A stretch of DNA of 46,501 bases from the IMG/VR virus record IMGVR_UViG_2711768023_000006. One strand, given 5' to 3'. The translations under genes and the position numbers were made by a program. This document shows positions 27,244 to 37,003 of the stretch, piece after piece; the stretch's first letter is position 1; each line of letters starts with the position of its first letter. Origin of the DNA: a virus. Its lineage: Duplodnaviria > Heunggongvirae > Uroviricota > Caudoviricetes. The notes below the pieces were generated by a model that saw nothing but the letters and a program-made list of their open reading frames with translations, did not search any database and was not told the origin of the DNA.

Positions 27244-29301
27244 ATGGCAAAAAACCTGAAAGCCTCCCTGATTGTCGATTTACTCGGCAATATTTCTGCC
27301 AAATCCCGCCAGTGGTCACAGGAGCTGGGGGCATTCTCCCGTTCCGGCAGGACGGGGCTGGGTGGTCTTGGAAATGCAGCACGTCGTGCCGGTCAGGAGA
27401 CAGAACTTGTCGGCTCCCGTATGCAGCGAACGCTTGCCGGTGTTCGTGGCAGTATCCGCACGGTGACGTCAGATTTTGACCGCCTTCAGGGCAGCATTAC
27501 CGGCACCATCGGGCGGATAAGCAACCTTTACGGGATGCTGGCGGGAGGGGCTGCGGTCTACGGGTTTAATAAAGCCTTTATCCGCCCGGCCGCAGAGATG
27601 GAGAACTATATTCTGCGTCTCAACGCCATTAATCATGGCGATACGGCAAAAACGGAAGCAGTGAAAGCCTGGGCGGTACAGAACGCCAAAGACACCACCT
27701 GGGGGCTGGCGGGGGTTATGCAGGAATACGCCTCCAGTCGCGGGTTCGGTATGAGTGACAGGGAAGCCCGTCGCTTTATTACCATGCTTCAGGATCAGGG
27801 CGGCTATCACGGCTGGTCACTGTCAGATGCACAGGGTGCGTCCCTGCAACTCAAACAGATGTTTGCCCGCCAGAGTATCCAGGCAGCGGACGCCAATATT
27901 CTGACCGGATACGGGATTAACGTTTACCAGTTGCTGGCCGATAAGCTGGGTGTAAACCAGAAGATCATCCGTGAGAAAGGCGAGAAAGGAAAACTGGGAC
28001 CGGACAGCATTCGCCTGTTATTTCAGGTGATGGCCGAACAGGCAAAAGGTGCCCAGAAAAACGCCATGAATTCCTGGACGGGAATGACGTCCATGATGGG
28101 CGATGTCTGGGACGGATTTGCCCGCGAGGTGATGGCAAAGGGACCGTTTGACAGCCTGAAAAAGAGCCTGAAAGGCTTTCTGGATTATGCTGATGCGGCA
28201 CAGAAAAGCGGCTTACAGGATAAGCTGGCCACACAGACGGCCTCAGCCCTGAATCAGGGATTTGAGTATGCCAGAGACGCTGCGACCGGCTTTTACCGGG
28301 TCATTCAGAAAGTCAGGGAAACGCTTCAGGCACTGCGCGACGCCGGTTATGGCGATGCGCTGGATCGCATTGGTCAGGGTGCGCAGACCGCCGCAAAGTA
28401 CCTGATGTATATGTATCTCGCCTCCCGTGCGCTGAAGGTGCTCAGGTTTGCGGGGACGGGGGCATTACGTCTCGGCGCAACCCCCTTACGCTATGGCATG
28501 GCGATGACCTCCGTGCTGACGTCGCCCTTCCGCAAACCGCAGACCACTGTACCGGGAACGCAGCCCGGACGCGCTGGCCGGTTCCTGAATTTCCTTACCG
28601 GGGTAAATCCGGCTGCCGTTCAGCCCGTGCTGGTCACCAATTGGCCTGCGGGTGGCCTGGCCTCAGGTGGCGGGGATGTGGTGGTCAGCGGTGACGGCAA
28701 AACCGTGCGCGGCCGTAAAAAACGCGGCCCCGGACGTGGACGGGGTGTCACGACCGTCGTGACTGCCGGTGAGCAACTGGCGGAGAGTGCCGGTAAACAG
28801 GGCTTCTTCGGTCGTATGATGAGCCGTGCCGGTGGTCTGCTAACGGCGGCCGGAAACCGCATGGGGCTGGGGCGTTTTGCCGGGCTGTTCCGTGGTGCCG
28901 GTCGGCTGGGTGGTGGTGCCCTGTGGGCCGGTGCCATGGCGGCTCCTGTACTGCTGGACAGCAGCGCCAGTGCAGCCGATAAAGCCGGTGCCGTGGGTTC
29001 CCTTGCCGGAAGTATCGCCGGTGGCGCGCTGGGGGCGGCTGCCGGTCCGGTCGGGGTTGCCATTGGTTCCACGGTGGGCAGCTATCTCGGTGATTATCTG
29101 GGGGGCTGGCTGACGCAGGCCTGGCAGAAACTGCGTGGCGGCAGTGACGAAAACGGCGGACAGGCCACCGCGAAAACCGCCGCACGGGTGGAGCTTGTTG
29201 CCCCTGAAGGCTGGCGGGCGCGCAGTATTGATGTGGATGATACCGCACAGCATGGCCTGGATGTGAACGTCTGGAACGGAGGGAACTATGGCCTCTACTG
29301 A
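27244..29301 (+). CDS. Tail tape measure protein
   Basis: 685 aa with Gly/Ala-rich C-terminal region, after chaperone gene. Confidence 0.75.
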   Translation: MAKNLKASLIVDLLGNISAKSRQWSQELGAFSRSGRTGLGGLGNAARRAGQETELVGSRMQRTLAGVRGSIRTVTSDFDRLQGSITGTIGRISNLYGMLAGGAAVYGFNKAFIRPAAEMENYILRLNAINHGDTAKTEAVKAWAVQNAKDTTWGLAGVMQEYASSRGFGMSDREARRFITMLQDQGGYHGWSLSDAQGASLQLKQMFARQSIQAADANILTGYGINVYQLLADKLGVNQKIIREKGEKGKLGPDSIRLLFQVMAEQAKGAQKNAMNSWTGMTSMMGDVWDGFAREVMAKGPFDSLKKSLKGFLDYADAAQKSGLQDKLATQTASALNQGFEYARDAATGFYRVIQKVRETLQALRDAGYGDALDRIGQGAQTAAKYLMYMYLASRALKVLRFAGTGALRLGATPLRYGMAMTSVLTSPFRKPQTTVPGTQPGRAGRFLNFLTGVNPAAVQPVLVTNWPAGGLASGGGDVVVSGDGKTVRGRKKRGPGRGRGVTTVVTAGEQLAESAGKQGFFGRMMSRAGGLLTAAGNRMGLGRFAGLFRGAGRLGGGALWAGAMAAPVLLDSSASAADKAGAVGSLAGSIAGGALGAAAGPVGVAIGSTVGSYLGDYLGGWLTQAWQKLRGGSDENGGQATAKTAARVELVAPEGWRARSIDVDDTAQHGLDVNVWNGGNYGLY

Positions 29302-30646
29302 CACGCCGGGGCGTGGCTCCTTTCGTGGCGTACCGTTCCTGGTTTATCAGGAGCAGCGGGAACGGGGCGGACGTAACATTGTGCGCCGTGAATACCCACT
29401 GCGTGAAAGCGGCGGTGCGGATGATCTGGGGCCAAAACTCCCGGAGTTCACATTCACGGTTCTGGTGACCGGAGACGATCTTCAGACACAGCGAAGCCGC
29501 CTGCGTGATGCGCTGCGTGCACCCGGTGCCGGTGAACTGATGCACCCGGATTACGGCACGTTAAACGTGCTGATAAACAGCTTTGAAAGCCGTTATAACG
29601 CCAGCGAGCAGGGAACGGTTGAGTTCACGATCAACGTGATCCCCGCCAGTGACGATACCGCCCCTGCGGTGGCAGAAGATACGGCAGCTGCGCTGGAGCA
29701 GAAAAGCGGCTCAGCAATGAATCAGCTGTTTAACACGCTTTCAGACGGCTGGACGGTGATTTCAGACGGTCTGCATGATGTACAGGCCATGACCGACACC
29801 ATCAGCGATAAGATTGATGCACTGGAGAATGCCGTTTCGGGGATGGGGATTGTGCAGGATATCAGTGCCTTTACGGCCAGTTTTACTGCCCTGAAAGGCA
29901 ATGCCGCCGCCCTGATTAATGCGCCCCGTCGCATGGCTGAATCGCTGGCCGGAATGTTTGCCGTGCTGACCGGGCTGCCCGGCGATCCTTCCCTGTCTCT
30001 GACCGGAAAAGCCGGAACGCCGTCCGGCAGCCTGACCACAAACCGTGACAGCATGGCAGAGCAGGCCATGCCGCAGCTGTACCGCACACTTTCCTCCCTG
30101 CGTTACACCCTCAGCGAACAGGATGATCCACAGCGCCTGATTGGCCTGACGCCTGCGGCACAGAAAAATATCCGTCTGCTGCGGAGCGTGATGCAGAGTG
30201 CAACCCTGGTGTCGCAGGCACAGACGCTCGGAAAACTGCTGGATCAGGTCATCCGGCAGAATACGACGCACGTTCAGGATACTGACCGTTCGGGCGGACT
30301 GGCCTGGCTGGAAAGTTCTGCTGATGTGCAGCGTATCAACCGGGATTTGAGCGATGCCATGGAACAACAGGTGCTGGATCTGTCCGCACAGGGCTATACC
30401 GGGACTGCCCTTGCATTACGTGATGCAGGGCTTGCGCTGACAGAAGATTTAACCACACGGAGCGTGCATCTTCCCGGTGCTTTTCAGGTCATGGTTCGCA
30501 CCACCGAACCGGCACTGGTCACGCTGTACCGTGCCACCGGCAACAGCAGTCGCTGGCAGTATTTTGTCCGCAGAAACAATATCCCCGATCCGGTTTTTGT
30601 TCCGGGTGGCCGCAGCGTGGAGGTGATCAGTGAGCAGCAGGATTGA
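29288..30646 (+). CDS. N: DNA circularisation protein (Mu N-like)
   Basis: 452 aa between tape measure and baseplate hub. Confidence 0.65.
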   Translation: MASTDTPGRGSFRGVPFLVYQEQRERGGRNIVRREYPLRESGGADDLGPKLPEFTFTVLVTGDDLQTQRSRLRDALRAPGAGELMHPDYGTLNVLINSFESRYNASEQGTVEFTINVIPASDDTAPAVAEDTAAALEQKSGSAMNQLFNTLSDGWTVISDGLHDVQAMTDTISDKIDALENAVSGMGIVQDISAFTASFTALKGNAAALINAPRRMAESLAGMFAVLTGLPGDPSLSLTGKAGTPSGSLTTNRDSMAEQAMPQLYRTLSSLRYTLSEQDDPQRLIGLTPAAQKNIRLLRSVMQSATLVSQAQTLGKLLDQVIRQNTTHVQDTDRSGGLAWLESSADVQRINRDLSDAMEQQVLDLSAQGYTGTALALRDAGLALTEDLTTRSVHLPGAFQVMVRTTEPALVTLYRATGNSSRWQYFVRRNNIPDPVFVPGGRSVEVISEQQD

Positions 30647-31754
30647 ACTGTATATCGGTGGCAGTATTTTTTCCGGCTGGCTGACGGTCAGCGTCCGTCG
30701 CTCGCTGGAGCATCTGGCCGGGTCGTTTGAACTGGGGCTGATGCTGCCCGGTGAGCGCATCCCCTCAGCCCTGCGAACCGGTCAGTCCCTGACGCTCAGA
30801 ATTAACGGGCAGACGGTCATCAGTGGCTGGCTGGATCAGGTCAGTCAGCGGATCAGTGCAACCCGTCATCAGATCAGCATCAGCGGTCGGGATAAAACCG
30901 GCGACCTGGTGGACTGTGCCGCCATCCATCCCGGCAGCCAGTGGCGCAACCGGACGCTGGCACAGATTGCCGCAGATTTATGTGCGCCCTTCGGGATAGC
31001 CGTGCGCTGGCAGGTTAACGACGACACGGCTGCACGCCCCTTCAGCTCTTTTACGCTGGAAAACTCAGAAACCGTGGCGGATGCGCTGACCCGTGCTGCC
31101 CGGCATCGCGGGGTGCTGGTGACCAGTAATGCTGACGGCGATCTGGTGTTCACCCAGGCAGGAAGCCAGCAGACGGACAGACTGGTGCTGGGAGATAACC
31201 TGCTTGATGCCGATTACAACACGGACTGGCGAGGACGATACAGCGAATACCGTGTCCGGGGACACGGGCGCGGTGGTGGCAAACGGGGAGACAGCGAATC
31301 CGCCGCCCGTCTGGCAGCACCTGTGGGCGTCATCAGTGATGAGCAGATCGGCCGCTACCGGTCGAAAATCATCCTCGCCGATCAACAGACAGACACCACC
31401 GGTGCACGGCAGCGTGCCCTGCGTGAAATGCGCCGTGCGATTGCCCGTTCAGAACGGTTTTCTGCCACCGTGCGTGGCTGGTTCCGGGATGATGGCCGGT
31501 TATGGGATGTCAATCTGCTGACCGGTGTTTCAGCCCTGCGTTTCGGTATAGAACAGACTGAACTGCTGGTCTGTCAGGTGGAGTTTTTACTTGATGAACA
31601 TAACGGGGAAGTCACCCGGCTGGTACTGGCACCGCGTGACGGCTTTATCGTTCCGGCAGAGCCGGACAGTAAGGGCCGGGGTGGTTCCGGTGACGATGTT
31701 GATGCCTTTATTCGCCAGCAGATGAAAAAACAGGGGATCAGCTTTGATGAATGA
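30630..31754 (+). CDS. P: Baseplate hub protein (Mu P-like)
   Basis: 374 aa at Mu P position. Confidence 0.65.
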   Translation: MSSRIELYIGGSIFSGWLTVSVRRSLEHLAGSFELGLMLPGERIPSALRTGQSLTLRINGQTVISGWLDQVSQRISATRHQISISGRDKTGDLVDCAAIHPGSQWRNRTLAQIAADLCAPFGIAVRWQVNDDTAARPFSSFTLENSETVADALTRAARHRGVLVTSNADGDLVFTQAGSQQTDRLVLGDNLLDADYNTDWRGRYSEYRVRGHGRGGGKRGDSESAARLAAPVGVISDEQIGRYRSKIILADQQTDTTGARQRALREMRRAIARSERFSATVRGWFRDDGRLWDVNLLTGVSALRFGIEQTELLVCQVEFLLDEHNGEVTRLVLAPRDGFIVPAEPDSKGRGGSGDDVDAFIRQQMKKQGISFDE

Positions 31755-32358
31755 TGAAGTGTTCAGCCGCCTGATTGCCCCGGTAACGCGCGGTATTCGC
31801 CTGTTGTTTGGCCGGGGCGTTCTGACCGGCACACATGACGAACTGAAAATGCAGAATGTGCAGCTCACCGGCATGGACGGCGAAACCTTTGATGATGTGG
31901 AGCGTCCCCAGCAGTACGGGCAGATCAGCGTTCCCCTGCCGGGTGCGGAAACCTTTTTTGCCTGTCTGGGCGGACAGCGGGATCAGACTGTGGTGCTTGT
32001 GGTGGAAGACCGGCGCAGCCGCCCGACCGGACTCACAGCCGGAGATACGGGGGTGTATCACCATGAGGGGCACCGGATACGGTTAACAAAGGATGGTCGC
32101 ATTATTGTGACATGCAAAATGCTGGAGATTTACGCCGATGAGGGGATGCGGGTGGATACGCCGGAGGCCACCTTTACGGGCAATGTGACGGTGGATAAAA
32201 ACCTGCATGTTAAGGGTAATTTCGTGCTTGATGGTACAGGTAAATCAGACGGGCTGTTCACGATGTCTGATGCCGTTATTGCCGGGATCACCTATTCCGG
32301 CCATGTGCATCAGGATAACGGCAAAGGCAGTAAGACAGGAGCGCCGGAGAATGGCTGA
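31744..32358 (+). CDS. Baseplate spike protein (Mu gp45-like)
   Basis: 204 aa at Mu gp45 position. Confidence 0.6.
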   Translation: MMNDEVFSRLIAPVTRGIRLLFGRGVLTGTHDELKMQNVQLTGMDGETFDDVERPQQYGQISVPLPGAETFFACLGGQRDQTVVLVVEDRRSRPTGLTAGDTGVYHHEGHRIRLTKDGRIIVTCKMLEIYADEGMRVDTPEATFTGNVTVDKNLHVKGNFVLDGTGKSDGLFTMSDAVIAGITYSGHVHQDNGKGSKTGAPENG

Positions 32359-32788
32359 TATTGCAATTGTATGGGATCAGGGGTGCGGTTCGCTGCAACT
32401 GAACGGTGCCGACTTGCTGACGGATGACAGTCTGCTGACGGCCGTTCTGATTTCGCTGTTTACTGACCGCCGGGCGCTGGCATCGGATGAAATCCCTGAC
32501 GGTACGCGCGACCGCCGGGGATGGTGGGGAGACAGTTTTCGCCCGCGCCCCATTGGCTCCCGTCTGTGGCTTCTCAGCCGGGAAAAAACGCTGGCCTCGG
32601 TGATAAGCCGTGCCCGTGCTTACGCGGATGAGGCGCTGGGCTGGCTCAGTCAGGATGGCGTGGCGTCATCCGTGGTCTGTCATGCAGAACGTGTGGGACA
32701 CGCGCGGCTGGCGCTTTCGGTGCGCATAACCCTGCCTGATGGTTCAGTGAGGCCCATGATTTTTTATGCTGATCTTAAGGGGGAGTAA
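32351..32788 (+). CDS. Baseplate protein (Mu gp46-like)
   Basis: ATG at 32351 (MADIAIVWDQG...) overlapping previous stop. Confidence 0.6.
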   Translation: MADIAIVWDQGCGSLQLNGADLLTDDSLLTAVLISLFTDRRALASDEIPDGTRDRRGWWGDSFRPRPIGSRLWLLSREKTLASVISRARAYADEALGWLSQDGVASSVVCHAERVGHARLALSVRITLPDGSVRPMIFYADLKGE

Positions 32789-33870
32789 TGCCTTATCAGC
32801 CTTTACCGCTGGCACAGTTAATCACGCAGACACAGCAGGATATCAGCCAGCGCCTGCCCGGCTCGCAGCCGGGTGTGAATGAAACCACCCTGAATGCCAT
32901 TGCTTACGCTCAGGCAGGGTTATCTGCTCAGGAGCATGAGCATCTGGCCTGGATTGCGCGTCAGATCATCCCGACCGAAGCCGATGAAGCCGAACTGCTG
33001 AAACACTGTGCATTCTGGGGCGTCATGCGTAAGCCTGCCTCTCGGGGGGACGGGCCGGTTCAGCTGATGCTGACCACGGATGCGGGGATCAAGGAAGGTG
33101 TGCTTCTCCAGCGAAGTGATGGCGTGGTTTACCGTATCACCACCTCCCTGACCGGTAAGGCCGGTACGCTGAATGTCAGTGTGGAAGCCGAAAGTGCCGG
33201 TCGTGCGGGGAATGCCCCGGCAGGGACAAAACTGACATTTATCACACCGCAGGCGGGGATCAACCAGACGGCCACGGTGACCGGAACGGGGATCACCGGT
33301 GGTGCGGATGTGGAAACCGTGCCGGAGCTGCTTTCCCGTCTGGTTTTCCGGGTGCAGAATCCACCGTCCGGCGGCACGCAGTATGATTTTGAACGCTGGG
33401 CGCGTGAAGTGCCGGGCGTGACGCGGGCATGGTGCCGCCCGGAATGGCCGCAGGCGGGCAGCGTGGGGGTAACGTTTGTTCAGGATAATAACCCGGATAT
33501 TTTCCCCGGTGACGGTGATGTTCAGCGGGTGGCGGATTATATCCGCAGTCATGATGATCCGGCGACCGGCCAGCCTGTCGGACAGCCTCTGGGGCCGACG
33601 GTGACCGTGTTTAAACTGACCAATAAGCCGGTGCCCTTCAGCATCAGGATCATCCCGAAAACACCGGAGAATCAGGCGGCCGTAAAACAGGCGCTGACCG
33701 ACCTGTTGTATAACGAATCCCGGCCCGGCGGTCTGGTTCTGCCGTCGTCTTTCTGGCGGGCGGTGGCAGGGGTGAAAAATCTGGAGGATTTTGAAGTGCG
33801 CAGTCCGCTGACGTCAGTTCAGGCGGGAGACAGTGAGCTGCTGACGGTAGGAGAAATCACATGGCTGTAA
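32788..33870 (+). CDS. Baseplate wedge protein (Mu gp47-like)
   Basis: 360 aa at Mu gp47 position. Confidence 0.65.
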   Translation: MPYQPLPLAQLITQTQQDISQRLPGSQPGVNETTLNAIAYAQAGLSAQEHEHLAWIARQIIPTEADEAELLKHCAFWGVMRKPASRGDGPVQLMLTTDAGIKEGVLLQRSDGVVYRITTSLTGKAGTLNVSVEAESAGRAGNAPAGTKLTFITPQAGINQTATVTGTGITGGADVETVPELLSRLVFRVQNPPSGGTQYDFERWAREVPGVTRAWCRPEWPQAGSVGVTFVQDNNPDIFPGDGDVQRVADYIRSHDDPATGQPVGQPLGPTVTVFKLTNKPVPFSIRIIPKTPENQAAVKQALTDLLYNESRPGGLVLPSSFWRAVAGVKNLEDFEVRSPLTSVQAGDSELLTVGEITWL

Positions 33871-34421
33871 CCCTGACCCCGCATCAGCGCGCCCTGTTGC
33901 AGTTACTGCCTGACGGGCTGGCATGGGACAAGCGTCCGTCATCCGTACTGGCATCATTATGTCTGGGCCTCAGTCATTCGACAGCGCGTGTATCCTGGAC
34001 GGGTAAACAGCTGCTTGCCGAGCGTTTCCCTGACACGTCGCGCCTGCTGCTGGAAGACTGGGAGCGTTATCTCGGGCTTCCCGAGTGTGATATGGCCGGA
34101 GCCACCCTCACGGAGCGACAGCGTTATGCCGGAAATAAATACCGGATGAAGCCCTCGCTGAACCGTGAATTTTATATCCGGTTTGCGGCGGAGTTTGGTT
34201 ATCAGATTGACATTCAGCCCTCACCGGATTCGCAGTGGGTCAGTATTGTCACGATTAACAGTGAAACCGGCTACCGGAATATGAATGTGCTGGATGATAT
34301 TCTCACGCCGCTGCGTATTTATGAAGGCGGTGCGCTGGAATGTATTCTGAACCGTTATAAGCCTGCATGGCAGACGTTTATTTACGTTTATGCAAACAGC
34401 CATGAAGAGGAGACTATTTAA
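33861..34421 (+). CDS. Baseplate/tail protein (Mu gp48-like)
   Basis: 186 aa immediately upstream of tail fibre. Confidence 0.55.
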   Translation: MAVTLTPHQRALLQLLPDGLAWDKRPSSVLASLCLGLSHSTARVSWTGKQLLAERFPDTSRLLLEDWERYLGLPECDMAGATLTERQRYAGNKYRMKPSLNREFYIRFAAEFGYQIDIQPSPDSQWVSIVTINSETGYRNMNVLDDILTPLRIYEGGALECILNRYKPAWQTFIYVYANSHEEETI

Positions 34422-35302
34422 TGTTTCATGTTGATAATAATTCCGGCGTGGCGAATATGCCTGCGCTGGCACCGGCGCAGAGTAATACCACCACCTGGTT
34501 TACCGAAGGTGACGGACAAAAAGGTATCAGCTGGATTGGTCAGGACTGGCTGAATATTCTCCAGGCCGAACTGCTGAATATTCTGGCTGAAGCCAGTATT
34601 CAGCCGGATAAGGCGCAGTTAAACCAGCTTACGCTGTCCATTAAAGCCATTATCGCTGCGAATGCCTTTTCCCGGAAAAATAACCTGAAAGAAATTGCTG
34701 ATGCCGGTGCGGAGGCCCAGCGTCTGGCCCGTGGTTATCTTGGTCTGGGGACGCTTGCCACAAAAAACAGTCTTGGTCCCGCTGACGTTAATGCCCTGGC
34801 GAAGGATCAGAATCTCGCCGACCTGGAGAATAAGGGAACCGCCCGTAATAATCTGGATGTTTACAGCAAAAGCGAAGGTGATAACCGTTACCTGCGCAGG
34901 GAGCAGAACGGCGCAGACATTCCGGATAAAGGGGCTTTTATCGATAACGTCGGTTTACGGGAAACGGTAAACAGGGCGGCGAATGCCCTGCCATCGGACG
35001 GCACCGCCGTTGCCGCGAACAGGCTGGCAAATGCCCACACAATTAATGGTGTTCCCTTTGACGGGACGCAGGATATCACTATCTCATCAGGAACAGTAAC
35101 CGCCATAAGACTGGGGTCGGTGACCGCACATATGCCCGGAACATGGGAAAGCTGGGATCTGAATCTGGGGGGCGGCAATGTTCTTACCGGAATTAAAGTA
35201 CAGGATGTCGGTAAGAATACGGCAGATAACGTCGGCGGCGTGTATTACCGGCCGTTGCAGTATCTGTTAAATGGAGCATGGGTGACGGCTGCAAGTATAT
35301 AA
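34421..35302 (+). CDS. S: Tail fibre protein S (constant N-terminus plus currently expressed variable C-terminus)
   Basis: 293 aa; codons 173-181 span a gix-like recombination site; downstream part lies in invertible segment. Confidence 0.75.
   Translation: MFHVDNNSGVANMPALAPAQSNTTTWFTEGDGQKGISWIGQDWLNILQAELLNILAEASIQPDKAQLNQLTLSIKAIIAANAFSRKNNLKEIADAGAEAQRLARGYLGLGTLATKNSLGPADVNALAKDQNLADLENKGTARNNLDVYSKSEGDNRYLRREQNGADIPDKGAFIDNVGLRETVNRAANALPSDGTAVAANRLANAHTINGVPFDGTQDITISSGTVTAIRLGSVTAHMPGTWESWDLNLGGGNVLTGIKVQDVGKNTADNVGGVYYRPLQYLLNGAWVTAASI
34938..34963. other. Left invertase crossover site (gix/hix-like, 26 bp) inside S
   Basis: TTATCGATAACGTCGGTTTACGGGAA, imperfect dyad with central TC; inverse partner at 36255-36280. 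Confidence 0.6.
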
Positions 35303-35310
35303 TGATATTC

Positions 35311-35336
35311 AGAAGGCCTTCCGGCCTTCTTTATTA
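35311..35336. terminator. Bidirectional terminator hairpin between S and convergent U'
   Basis: AGAAGGCC-TTCC-GGCCTTCT followed by TTATT; overlaps U' stop. Confidence 0.6.
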
Positions 35337-35855
35337 CTGTGGCTGCTCAGGCCATTTAATGGCGTTAAATTCAGCTTCTGTTTTAATGGCGGGTAGTTCC
35401 ATTTTCTTCACCTGACTGATGTATGCCATCCATTGGGTAAGTGCTGCTCTGTCTTCATCGCTGATGGTGCCCAGTTGTAGCTCCGTTCTCCAGTCATTAA
35501 TTTTTTCATATGCCTGATTAAGATATGACTGGCGCATTGCTTCCAGTTTTCTTGCGTAGTTAACCGGAATACGGGAGATTATGCCATTATCAAACTTCCA
35601 GTTTCCTGAAATATCCGTGCCTTCAGGGAGTTCATCGACCTCAACCACAGAAAACCCCGCAGGATACAGCGCCGAGGCGTCCTGTGATATTGAGCAGATA
35701 ACGCCGCTGTCAGGTGTTATGCAAAGTTTATATTTTTTGGTGAATAATGGCAGGGATTCGTAGAAATCCTTACCATCTTCACTCTGGAAATACTGAACAT
35801 TATTACCATATGGCATATTTTCAGGATAATAACGGGTTATATTTTTTAGTTCCAT
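35334..35855 (-). CDS. Tail fibre assembly protein (U'/Tfa) in the currently silent orientation
   Basis: 173-aa protein on minus strand inside invertible segment, RBS GGAGG, directly downstream of alternative fibre tip. Confidence 0.7.
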   Translation of the reverse strand: MELKNITRYYPENMPYGNNVQYFQSEDGKDFYESLPLFTKKYKLCITPDSGVICSISQDASALYPAGFSVVEVDELPEGTDISGNWKFDNGIISRIPVNYARKLEAMRQSYLNQAYEKINDWRTELQLGTISDEDRAALTQWMAYISQVKKMELPAIKTEAEFNAIKWPEQPQ

Positions 35856-35906
35856 AAAATCCTCCTGGAAATAAATCTGTTTTAAAATATATTATTTACT
35901 GACTAT

Positions 35907-36268
35907 TTATAACTGAGATACCGTAATCCATGTACCTCCGACTAATTTTTGCAGGGGTCTGAATGCTATAAAATCGTTTGAAGCATCAACTTTACTGTCA
36001 ATCTGCAGGCCTGCCATAACATTACCGTACGCAGAGTAATATGCCCCACCGTACATTACCTGCCTGTTCTCTGCTCCCAGCCTGATATCCTGGATATATC
36101 GGGAATCCGCATCCTGCTGTGTTATACCAGAAGTGATGTTTATGTCCTGCGTCCCGTCAAAGGGAACCCCATTAATATTTCTTGGGGTGGCGAGTCTATT
36201 CGCGGCAACGGCGGTGCCGTCCGATGGCAGAGCATTCGCCGCCCTGTTTACCGTTTCCCGTAAACCGA
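35907..36268 (-). other. Silent alternative tail-fibre C-terminal cassette (Sv')
   Basis: Minus-strand frame ...[60 protein letters not shown]...GGTWITVSQL*; first ~45 codons near-identical to S codons 178-222, no start codon, in-frame stop just upstream of repeat. Confidence 0.65.
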
Positions 36269-36280
36269 GGTTTTCAGGAA
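36255..36280. other. Right invertase crossover site (gix/hix-like, 26 bp)
   Basis: TTCCCGTAAACCGAGGTTTTCAGGAA, very close to recalled Mu gix sequence; central GA is reverse complement of left-site core. Confidence 0.65.
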
Positions 36281-36345
36281 AGCCAGGATTAACTCTGTTT
36301 TATTCCTCATGCGACAATTCCGGCTTTTTATAATAAGGAAATCGT

Positions 36346-36918
36346 ATGCTGATTGGGTATATCAGGGTGTCAACAAATGACCAGAATACGGCGCTACAAA
36401 GAAATGCGCTGGAATGTGCAGGATGTGAGCTGTTTTTCGAAGACAGAATAAGCGGTAAGACAAGGGAGCGTCCCGGACTTAAACGCGCATTAAAGCGACT
36501 CCGGCCAGGGGATACCCTGCTGGTCTGGAAACTGGATCGCCTTGGACGCAGTATGCAGCACCTTGTCCTTTTAACAGAAGAACTCCGGCAACGCGGCGTT
36601 AACTTCCGCAGCATTACGGACAATATTGATACATCCACTCCCATGGGACGTTTCTTTTTCCATATAATGGGCGCGCTGGCGGAAATGGAGCGGGAACTCA
36701 TTATTGAACGTACACGCGCGGGTCTTGCTGCTGCCCGTGCTCAGGGGCGTCATGGCGGCAGACCTCAGAAACTGACAGAGAAAGAGCGGGAGCAAATCGC
36801 CCGTTTGCTGGCTAATGGCGAGTCCCGTAAACAAATCGCACTGATATTTGATATTGGCCTTTCCACCCTTTATCGTTATTTTCCTGCCTCACCAGCTCCG
36901 TCACCAAAAGTACCGTGA
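36346..36918 (+). CDS. gin: Serine recombinase, DNA invertase Gin/Hin/Pin family
   Basis: MLIGYIRVSTNDQNTALQRNALECAGCE...GDTLLVWKLDRLGRSMQHL...MGRFFFHIMGALAEMERELIIERT, near-identical motifs to Gin. Confidence 0.95.
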   Translation: MLIGYIRVSTNDQNTALQRNALECAGCELFFEDRISGKTRERPGLKRALKRLRPGDTLLVWKLDRLGRSMQHLVLLTEELRQRGVNFRSITDNIDTSTPMGRFFFHIMGALAEMERELIIERTRAGLAAARAQGRHGGRPQKLTEKEREQIARLLANGESRKQIALIFDIGLSTLYRYFPASPAPSPKVP

Positions 36919-37003
36919 CGCTTTTTTGAATTTCCGCAAAACACATATTTTTCAGCGGTCGCTATTCTGACTCTGTTTAATTCAGAAACAGGCAGAAAAG
37001 ACG

